A stretch of 49,033 nt of DNA from Gemmatimonadales bacterium. GTDB taxonomy: Bacteria > Gemmatimonadota > Gemmatimonadetes > Gemmatimonadales > GWC2-71-9. Both the position numbers and the translations under genes were made by a program. Below, piece after piece: positions 1 through 7,216 of this stretch (the first letter of the stretch is position 1; each line of letters opens with the position of its first letter). Where the stretch lies: positions 1-49,033 of the forward strand of contig DASUAH010000081.1 in the NCBI GenBank assembly GCA_035763885.1, given 5' to 3'. Under the pieces are notes generated by a model. It was given only the letters and a program-made list of their open reading frames with translations, searched no databases and had not been told where the DNA came from.

Positions 1-1017
1 AACCCGCTCGAGCTGATCCGGGGGGAACAGGAGCTCTCGACCGGCGACTGGAAGCGCGTCTTCACCCAGGCGCGCGACTTGGGAGTGCTGCAGCTCGGCC
101 TCTCGGGAGGCGAGCCGCTGGTGCGGAAGGACCTGGAGGAGCTCGCGGCGCACGCGCACCAGCTCGGGCTCTACCAGACGCTCGTCACCTCGGGACTCGG
201 GCTGACCCGGCAGCGTGCCGAGCGCCTGAAGGACGCGGGGCTCGAGCACGTGCAGGTCTCGATCCAGGATTCGGATACCGCCTCGGCCGAGCGGATCGCG
301 GGCGTGAGCTCGGTGAAGCAGAAGCGGGCGGCGGTGGCGCTGGTGAAGGAGCTGGGCTTCGCCTTCACGGTGAACGTGGTACTGCACCGGGCCAACCTGG
401 ACCGGATCGACGAGATCATCGAGCTCGCCGCGGGATGGGGAGCCGACCGGCTCGAGCTCGCCAATACCCAGTACTATGGGTGGGGGCTGAAGAATCGCGC
501 TGCGCTCATGCCGACCCGCGACCAGGTCGCACGTGCCAAGGCGATCGCCGAGGAGGCGATCGCGCGCTACCGCCGGAAGATGCAGATCATCTTCGTGCTC
601 CCCGACTACTACGAGACGCTCCCGAAGGCGTGCTACGGCGGATGGGGACGGTTCTATATCGTCATCGGTCCCGACGGTACGGCGCTTCCCTGCCACGCCG
701 CCAACTCGATCCCGACGCTCAGTTTCCCAAACGTGCGCGAGCACTCGCTGGACTGGGTCTGGCAGGAGTCGCCGGGGTTCAGCGCGTTCCGGGGCGACGC
801 GTGGATGAAGGAGCCGTGCCGGAGCTGCCCGCGGAAGGCGGTGGACTTCGCAGGCTGCCGCTGTCAGGCGTTCGCGCTCACCGGCGATGCGACGAACCCC
901 GACCCGGTCTGCTCGCTCACTCCCTTCCGCCGCATTATTGACGAGGCGCTCGAGGAGACGGGCGCCCCGGTGGAGTACGAGTACCGTCAGCTCGCAGGCG
1001 AGCCCCAGCGCGCGTGA
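1..1017 (+). CDS. pqqE: PQQ biosynthesis radical-SAM/SPASM protein PqqE (5' end cut by window edge)
   Basis: Frame 1 is open from nt 1 (NPLELIRGEQELSTGDWKRVF...). GGEPLVRKDL and the C-terminal Cys cluster CRSCPRKAVDFAGCRCQAFALTGDATNPDPVCSLTP are collinear with known PqqE proteins. Confidence 0.88.
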   Translation, partial: NPLELIRGEQELSTGDWKRVFTQARDLGVLQLGLSGGEPLVRKDLEELAAHAHQLGLYQTLVTSGLGLTRQRAERLKDAGLEHVQVSIQDSDTASAERIAGVSSVKQKRAAVALVKELGFAFTVNVVLHRANLDRIDEIIELAAGWGADRLELANTQYYGWGLKNRAALMPTRDQVARAKAIAEEAIARYRRKMQIIFVLPDYYETLPKACYGGWGRFYIVIGPDGTALPCHAANSIPTLSFPNVREHSLDWVWQESPGFSAFRGDAWMKEPCRSCPRKAVDFAGCRCQAFALTGDATNPDPVCSLTPFRRIIDEALEETGAPVEYEYRQLAGEPQRA

Positions 1018-1925
1018 ACCTGTTCGCCGTCGAGGCCGAGGGCCTCGGCCGGGACTACGGACCCGTTCGGGCGCTCGATGCCCTCACGCTCCGGATCCCG
1101 CCCGCGGCCCTCGTCGGTCTGCTGGGGCCGAACGGCGCCGGGAAGACCACCACGATGCTGCTCCTCGCCACGCTGCTCGCGCCGACCCGCGGCGCGGCCC
1201 GCGTCTTCGGGCACGACGTCACCCGCGAGCGGCGGGCCGTGCGCCGGCGACTGGGCCTGGTCTTCCAGGAGCCGAGCGTGGACGGGCTGCTGACGGTCGA
1301 GGAGAACCTTCGTTTCGCCGCGAGGCTGGCGGGCCTGGGGGGCCGGCGCGCAGTGGGAGCGGTGCGCCAGACGCTCCAGCGGACCGGCCTGCTCGACAAG
1401 GCCCGGCAGCCGGCGAAGCAGCTCTCCGGCGGGTGGCGGCGCCTGGCGGACATCGCGCGCGCCACGCTCCACCAGCCGGATCTGCTGGTCCTCGACGAGC
1501 CCACCGTCGGGCTCGACCCGGAGCACCGCGACCGCATGTGGAGCCTGCTGGACGCCGAGCGGCGGGAGCGCGGAGCGACGATCCTCTTCTCCACCCACTA
1601 TCTCTCCGAGGCCGAGCCCAGCGACCGGGTGGTCATGCTGGCGCGGGGAACCGTCGTGGCCGACGGCACTCCGGCCCAGCTTCGCGCCGCGATCGGCGAC
1701 GAGGTGGCGGAGATCGAGGGCGAAGGAGCGGAGGCGCTGATCGGTGTTCTGGAAGCCGCGGGCCTGATGCGGACGCGACAGCGATCCGGCCGCGGCTGGC
1801 GCGTGGGCCTCAGCGGCGGCCACGGCCGCGCGGGCGAGCTGGCCGCCGCGGCGCCCGGAATCTTTCGGCTCGCCTTCCGCCCTCCCACGCTCGAGGACGT
1901 CTACTTCGCCAGGACGCAGGCATGA
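1014..1925 (+). CDS. ABC transporter ATP-binding protein (ABC-2 exporter type)
   Basis: Walker A GPNGAGKTT, signature LSGGWRRL, Walker B LLVLDEPTVGLD. The GTG start overlaps the pqqE stop (GTGA at 1014-1017). Confidence 0.9.
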   Translation: MNLFAVEAEGLGRDYGPVRALDALTLRIPPAALVGLLGPNGAGKTTTMLLLATLLAPTRGAARVFGHDVTRERRAVRRRLGLVFQEPSVDGLLTVEENLRFAARLAGLGGRRAVGAVRQTLQRTGLLDKARQPAKQLSGGWRRLADIARATLHQPDLLVLDEPTVGLDPEHRDRMWSLLDAERRERGATILFSTHYLSEAEPSDRVVMLARGTVVADGTPAQLRAAIGDEVAEIEGEGAEALIGVLEAAGLMRTRQRSGRGWRVGLSGGHGRAGELAAAAPGIFRLAFRPPTLEDVYFARTQA

Positions 1926-2713
1926 GTGCGGCGGTCACCGCATGGGGCATCGTGGCCCGCGACCTCACCCGCAGCGTGCGGCAGCGGAGCCGCCTCGTCG
2001 CCGGCGTGGCGCGACCGTTCGTCTGGGTGCTGCTGGTCGGGGTCGGGTTCAACTCCATCGCCCGCGTGGGGGGCGGCCTCTCCTACCACGCCTACGCCTA
2101 CCCCGGCGGCGTCGTGATGGGGGCGCTCTTCGGCGGCATGCTGACCGCGATCTCCACCGTGTACGACCGCGAGTTCGGAATGCTGCGGCTCATGCTCGCG
2201 AGCCCGTCGGGCGCGCCGGCGCTGCTCGCGGGACGCACCATCTCGGCGACGCTCGTGGGGGTGTTGCAGGGAGGGATCGTGCTCGGGTGCGCACCCCTGC
2301 TGACCGGCGTCGGCGCGACCGAGGTCGCACGCGGGCTCGGAGCCCTGCTCCTCGCGGCTTTCACGAGCGCCACCCTCGGCCTGCTGGTCGCGGCGCGACT
2401 CACGTCGGTGGAGAACTTCGGCGGCGTGATCAACGTCGTGCTCTTTCCGCTGCTCTTCGTGAGCGGCGCCCTCTACCCGACCGCGGGGATGCCGCCGCCG
2501 CTGCGGGCGCTCGCCCGGGTGAACCCGGTCACCTACATGGTGGATCTCATGCGACATGCATTCGGCCAGCCCGTGGAGTTCACCGCGCTGACCGATGCGG
2601 CGGCCATCCTCGCAACAGGGGTGGTCGCGATCGCGGTGGCGGCCGCGCTGTTCGATCCGGAGCAGCGATTCATCGGGCGGGGTCGCGGGACGACGGCCGA
2701 CAGTCGCCCGTAG
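1922..2713 (+). CDS. ABC-2 type transporter permease
   Basis: The ATG at 1922 overlaps the ATPase stop (ATGA). About 263 aa with multiple hydrophobic spans (VWVLLVGVGF, VVMGALFGGML, VVLFPLLFVSGALYP), typical of ABC-2 permeases. Confidence 0.85.
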   Translation: MSAAVTAWGIVARDLTRSVRQRSRLVAGVARPFVWVLLVGVGFNSIARVGGGLSYHAYAYPGGVVMGALFGGMLTAISTVYDREFGMLRLMLASPSGAPALLAGRTISATLVGVLQGGIVLGCAPLLTGVGATEVARGLGALLLAAFTSATLGLLVAARLTSVENFGGVINVVLFPLLFVSGALYPTAGMPPPLRALARVNPVTYMVDLMRHAFGQPVEFTALTDAAAILATGVVAIAVAAALFDPEQRFIGRGRGTTADSRP

Positions 2714-3566
2714 GCGGCCGGTCGAAGGCCGCCGGCCGCTCCACCACGATACGCTGCTCCACCCGCGACTGCACCGGATGCCGGAGCCGCCCGCCGGGCG
2801 GGATGACGGTCTCGATCACCAGCCGCCGGTCGCGCCGCACCAGCCCTTCGCGCCGGTGCCACACGAACCGCTCCTCTTCTCGCGTGCTCTGCCGGGCCGA
2901 GGCCGGCGCGGTGTCGCCGCGCACGGTGACGCTGTCCGCGGTGCGGGTGACCGTGACGGCGAAACGGAGCAGCGTGTCGGCGGCGACGCTGTCGGGAAGG
3001 CGCCGGATCTCGAGGCCGTGGCCGTCGCCCCAGGCCGCGCCGACGGCGAGCGGCGCGGGGGGCAGGCGCGGGAGCAGATCCGCCGCGGCGCGGGAGAGAT
3101 CGATGACCTCCCCCACCCCGTCGGGGACGAAGGGCCGCGCGAGCTCGGTGTACCCGCCGTCAGCGGTCAGTACGCCCCGGTAGCGGCCGCCGATGATCCC
3201 GTCGGTGTCCGGCGCCAGCGTCCCTTCGGGCGTGCTCCGCCGTACGGCGAGGGAGTCGAACCACGCCTCGACCCGGATCGTGTCCCCCGGCGCCGGCCGG
3301 GCCCGCAGCGCCCACAGCCCGGCGACGTCGACGCCCTCGCGTCGCTCGCGCCCGGCGAGACCGGTCAGAATGTCGGAGCGCTGAACATAAGCGAACGCCG
3401 CGCAGTCGAGCTGTGCGGCGTCGTAGCGGACCTGGGCCGCGGCGCCACCGGCGCCGGCCACTGAGAGAATGGTGAGCGCGAGGGCCGGCTCAGCCGGTCG
3501 CGACCTGCTCCGCCGCGCCGACCGGACGAAACTCCAGATGCGCCGCGCGCACCATGACATAGTCAT
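2670..3566 (-). CDS. hypothetical protein, probably secreted
   Basis: 298-aa ORF with plausible protein composition after a signal-like segment (RRSRSRPAEPALALTILSVAGAGGAAAQ). The only canonical starts (ATG 3566 or 3560) overlap the upstream small gene by about 70 nt, so the start is uncertain. I recognise no family. Confidence 0.5.
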   Translation of the reverse strand: MTMSWCARRIWSFVRSARRSRSRPAEPALALTILSVAGAGGAAAQVRYDAAQLDCAAFAYVQRSDILTGLAGRERREGVDVAGLWALRARPAPGDTIRVEAWFDSLAVRRSTPEGTLAPDTDGIIGGRYRGVLTADGGYTELARPFVPDGVGEVIDLSRAAADLLPRLPPAPLAVGAAWGDGHGLEIRRLPDSVAADTLLRFAVTVTRTADSVTVRGDTAPASARQSTREEERFVWHRREGLVRRDRRLVIETVIPPGGRLRHPVQSRVEQRIVVERPAAFDRPPTGDCRPSSRDPAR

Positions 3567-3723
3567 GCGGCGTCTTGAGCCGCGCCAGCCGCTCGCCGGA
3601 CAGGTTCACGGTGCGCTTGCGCATCCCCGGCCACAGGGGGACCACCTCGTACCACGTGTGCCATTTGAGCTCGGGATATTGCCGGCGGTGCTGCTCCTTC
3701 ACTCGCGCCTCGAAGCGCGCCAT
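3490..3723 (-). CDS. hypothetical small protein (77 aa)
   Basis: The ATG at 3723 is preceded by GGAGG with 5-nt spacing (CCCGGAGGACGCATG on the minus strand). W/Y/K/H-rich, non-repetitive sequence (MARFEARVKEQHRRQYPELKWHTWYEVVPLW...) that does not look like a GC-frame artifact. Confidence 0.5.
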   Translation of the reverse strand: MARFEARVKEQHRRQYPELKWHTWYEVVPLWPGMRKRTVNLSGERLARLKTPHDYVMVRAAHLEFRPVGAAEQVATG

Positions 3724-3876
3724 GCGTCCTCCGGGAGAAGGTGCTCGCGGCGGGGGCCTCGGGATAAGCTGCAAACCGTACCGCCGGCGCACAAGCTGTT
3801 CTCGATTCGAACACCCGGAAAGTGACGAGATTCTCGACACTCGGCACTGCAGCTTCCTTCACCGGGATCCCGCCGC

Positions 3877-4596
3877 CTACCGGGCCGCACGGATCGCCGC
3901 GGGCACATTTGTGACTATGCCCGCCACCCCCCGGCTCCACAGCCGGCGAGCGAGCGCGGGCGCGTCCACCGTCCACACGTGCACGGGGCAGCCGAGCCGG
4001 CGCGCCGCGGCGACGAACCATCTCGTGGGCACCGGCAGCCCGCGGTGCCGCAGCGGCACCGAGAGCAGGCCGTAGCCCACGGTCGCAGGCGGGCGCCGGA
4101 GCGCCGACGACCAGTAGAGCCGCGCGATGTCTTCGCCGCAGGCGCCGGTCACGAACGGCGCGCCGCGAAACGCGCCCAGCGCGCACGTCTCCTCGGCGGC
4201 GACCACGCAGCGTGCGGCCGCGCCCCGGGCGAGCAGCACGTCCCGCACGGCGGTCTGCGCGGCGGCGTCCTTCACGTCGAGCAGCAGTGGGGTGCGCGGG
4301 AAGGCCGCCAGCACGTCGGCGAGGGAAGGCACGCCGGCGGCCTCAAGCTCGACCATGGTGAAGGCGGCCACCGGGCCCCGAAGCGGCGTGGTGCGATCCA
4401 GGGTGGGATCGTGCAGCGCGACCGGCACCCCGTCCCGGCTCAGACGCAGGTCCAGCTCGAGCGCGTCGGCGCCCTGCCGGACGGCCAGCTCGAAGGCGGC
4501 GAGGGTGTTCTCGGGAGCATCGGCCGAGGCGCCGCGGTGGGCGATCACCGGGCGGGCCGAGAGGTCGAGCAGCGCATGCACGCTATAATATGGCAT
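3877..4596 (-). CDS. glycerophosphodiester phosphodiesterase (GDPD family)
   Basis: VIAHRGASADAPENTLAAFELAVRQGADALELDLRLSRDGVPVALHDPTLDRTT is the canonical GDPD N-terminal motif block. Alternative start at ATG 4620. Confidence 0.85.
   Translation of the reverse strand: MPYYSVHALLDLSARPVIAHRGASADAPENTLAAFELAVRQGADALELDLRLSRDGVPVALHDPTLDRTTPLRGPVAAFTMVELEAAGVPSLADVLAAFPRTPLLLDVKDAAAQTAVRDVLLARGAAARCVVAAEETCALGAFRGAPFVTGACGEDIARLYWSSALRRPPATVGYGLLSVPLRHRGLPVPTRWFVAAARRLGCPVHVWTVDAPALARRLWSRGVAGIVTNVPAAIRAAR
4584..4589 (+). promoter_or_regulatory. perfect TATAAT hexamer 5 nt upstream of the amidohydrolase ATG (candidate -10 of a leaderless transcript)
   Basis: cgcTATAATatggcATG. A perfect -10 consensus stands out in GC-rich DNA. 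There is no convincing -35 (gaggtc/gtcgag). Confidence 0.3.
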
Positions 4597-5914
4597 GCTC
4601 TCACGACAGCTCGTCTTCATGGCCTGCGTCCTGGCGCCGGCCGCCCCGGCAGCCGCTCAGACCACTCCTCCATCGCGCACGCTGATCCGCGCCGGCCGGC
4701 TCATCGACGGCCTGGCCGATGCTCCTCGGCGCGAGCAGGGCATTCTGATCGAGAACGGGCGGGTGGCGGCGGTCGGCCCGTATTCCGAGGTCGCGACGCG
4801 CGCGGGCGAAGCCACGCGCGTGGATCTGGGCGCGATGACGGTGCTGCCGGGGCTCATCGACGCTCACACCCACCTCCTGCTTCAGGGCGACATTACCGCC
4901 GCCGAGTACGACGAGCAGGTGCTCAAGGAGTCGATCCCCTACCGGGCGATCCGCGCCACCGTCGCGGCCCGGAGGGCGCTCGACCGGGGCTTCACCACGC
5001 TGCGAGACCTCGAAACCGAGGGCGCGATGTACGCCGACGTGGACGTGAAGACGGCGATCGAGCGAGGGATCGTGCCCGGCCCACGCCTCTTCGTTGCCAC
5101 GCGCGCGTTCAGCGCCACGGGGATGTATCCGCTCCTCGGTTACTCGTGGGAGCTCTCGCTGCCCACCGGCGTGCAGATCGTGGACGGGGCCGACGCGATC
5201 CGGAAGGCGGTGCGCGAGCAGGTGAAGTACGGCGCCGACTGGATCAAGGTGTACGTCGACCGGCGGTACCACCTCGCCGCCGACGGCCGGCTCCGGAGCT
5301 GGGTCAATTTCACCGACGAGGAGCTCAAGGCCTTCGTGGAGGAGGCGCACCGGCTGGGCCGGCGGGCGGCGGCCCACGCGATCGGCTGGGACGGCATCGA
5401 CGCGGCGCTGCGCGCCGGCTTCGACACGATCGAGCACGGGCACGGGCTCACCCCGGACCTCATCGACCGCATGGTGCGCCAGAAGGTGTTCTGGTGCCCG
5501 ACCATCTACGTGACCCATTACGTGGCGCCGGGACGCGGCGGCATCTGGCCCAAGATGATCGAGCTCGAGCGGCTGGCGTTCGGGGAGGCGCTCAAGCGCG
5601 GCATGCTTCCGCTCATCGCCAACGGCAGCGACGCCGGCGGCTACGCGTGGGACGAGCCGCTGGCCAGGGAGCTCGCCCTGATGGTGGAGTACGGCATGAC
5701 GCCCGCGCAGGCGATCCGCGCGGCGACCAGCGTCGCGGCCCGGCTTCTCGGCCAGGAGGACCAGCTCGGCGCGGTGGCCCCGGGTCGCCACGCCGACCTG
5801 ATCGCGGTGGCGGGCGACCCGCTGGGCGACATCAGCGAGCTGCAGCGGGTCCGCTGGGTGATGAAGGGTGGGGTCGTGTACGCGTCGGGGGAGGCGAGGG
5901 CGCATGGACCCTGA
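4595..5914 (+). CDS. amidohydrolase family metallohydrolase, exported
   Basis: N-terminal signal peptide MLSRQLVFMACVLAPAAPAAAQ. HxH metal motif LPGLIDAHTHLLLQG. Length and C-terminal ADLIAVAGDPL block are typical of the amidohydrolase superfamily. Confidence 0.85.
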   Translation: MLSRQLVFMACVLAPAAPAAAQTTPPSRTLIRAGRLIDGLADAPRREQGILIENGRVAAVGPYSEVATRAGEATRVDLGAMTVLPGLIDAHTHLLLQGDITAAEYDEQVLKESIPYRAIRATVAARRALDRGFTTLRDLETEGAMYADVDVKTAIERGIVPGPRLFVATRAFSATGMYPLLGYSWELSLPTGVQIVDGADAIRKAVREQVKYGADWIKVYVDRRYHLAADGRLRSWVNFTDEELKAFVEEAHRLGRRAAAHAIGWDGIDAALRAGFDTIEHGHGLTPDLIDRMVRQKVFWCPTIYVTHYVAPGRGGIWPKMIELERLAFGEALKRGMLPLIANGSDAGGYAWDEPLARELALMVEYGMTPAQAIRAATSVAARLLGQEDQLGAVAPGRHADLIAVAGDPLGDISELQRVRWVMKGGVVYASGEARAHGP

Positions 5915-5929
5915 GCCTGAGCCGCCGCG

Positions 5930-7216
5930 GTGATGGACCGCCGCCGCTTCACGGAGCTCTGCGCCGGCGTGCTCGGAGGCGCCTCCTGGCGGCCGTGGGG
6001 CGAGCGGGCGACGCGCCCGGCGGACGAAGACCCGTGTGCGCTCCCCGGCCCGATCCGGTCGCTCACGCCCATGACTGCCGGGATCGCGCCGATCGACGAT
6101 CAGGAGCGCCAGGCCCGCCTGGAGCGGGCGCGCCGGCTCATGGCCGAGAACGAGATCGATGCGCTGGTCCTGGAGCCGGGCTCGAGTCTGTTCTACTACA
6201 CCGGTGTCCGCTGGCAGCTCTCCGAGCGCCCCTTCGTCGCCGTGCTGCCCGCTCGCGGCGAGCTGGCGTATGTCGGTCCGGCCTTCGAGGAGGCGCGGGC
6301 GCGCGAGCTCATCCGGCCCGCCGACGAGCTGCGCGTGTGGCAGGAGGACGAGAGTCCCTACGCGCTGATCGACGGGATTCTCCGGGATCGCGAGGTCGTC
6401 ACCGGCCGCCTCGGCGTCGAGGCGCAACTGAGATTCTTCCTGCTGGATGGCCTCCGGCGCGAAGCGCCCGCGGCGGATTACGCGCTCGCGGACGCGGTCA
6501 CCACCGGCTGTCGCATGGTCAAGTCGCCGGCCGAGCTCGCGCTCATGCAGCGGGCGAGCGACATCACGATCGCCGGGTTCCGCGCCGCGCTCGCTACCCT
6601 GCGTGAGGGCATGACGCAGCGGGAGCTGGAGCGCAACATGCTCGCGGCGCTCGAGCGGTTGGGGGGCTCGGACCCCTGGGTGCTCGTCGGCTTCGGCGAG
6701 CACTCCGCCTATCCGCACGGCAGCGTGCAGCCGCAGCGGCTCCGGGCACGCGACATCGTGCTCATGGACGCCGGTTGCGCGGTGCAGGGGTACCAGGCCG
6801 ACATCACCCGCACGACCGTCTTCGGCAAGCCGACGCGCCGGCAGGTCGAGGTCTGGAACCTGGAGCGGCGGGCGCAGGACGCGGCGTTCGCGGCGGCGCA
6901 GGTCGGCGCCACCTGCGGGTCGGTGGACGCGGCGGCCCGGCGGGTGATCACGGACGCGGGCTTTGGTCCGGATTACCTGGTGCCGGGCCTCCCGCACCGC
7001 ACGGGGCACGGCATCGGTCTCGACGGGCACGAGTCACCCAACTTCGTTCGCGGCAGTACCACGCGGCTGCGCCCGGGCATGTGCTTCAGCGACGAGCCGA
7101 CGATCGTCATCTACGGCGAGTTCGGCATCAGGCTCGAGGACTGCCTGTACCTCACCGAGAGCGGACCGCGGTTTTTCTCGCGGCAGAGCGCGGCCATCGA
7201 CCGCCCCCTCGGCTAG
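5930..7216 (+). CDS. M24 family Xaa-Pro peptidase with twin-arginine-like signal
   Basis: HRTGHGIGLDGHESP and GIRLEDCLYLTE metal-ligand blocks of M24B/creatinase-fold peptidases. The N-terminus MMDRRRFTELCAGVLGGASW resembles a Tat signal. Start is GTG 5930 or ATG 5933. Confidence 0.85.
   Translation: MMDRRRFTELCAGVLGGASWRPWGERATRPADEDPCALPGPIRSLTPMTAGIAPIDDQERQARLERARRLMAENEIDALVLEPGSSLFYYTGVRWQLSERPFVAVLPARGELAYVGPAFEEARARELIRPADELRVWQEDESPYALIDGILRDREVVTGRLGVEAQLRFFLLDGLRREAPAADYALADAVTTGCRMVKSPAELALMQRASDITIAGFRAALATLREGMTQRELERNMLAALERLGGSDPWVLVGFGEHSAYPHGSVQPQRLRARDIVLMDAGCAVQGYQADITRTTVFGKPTRRQVEVWNLERRAQDAAFAAAQVGATCGSVDAAARRVITDAGFGPDYLVPGLPHRTGHGIGLDGHESPNFVRGSTTRLRPGMCFSDEPTIVIYGEFGIRLEDCLYLTESGPRFFSRQSAAIDRPLG

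Noticed and set aside
3804-3812. GTTCGAATC (minus strand), resembling a tRNA T-loop.
   Set aside because: The flanking bases (GGGTG / CGAGA) cannot form a T-stem, and no acceptor or anticodon arms can be drawn.
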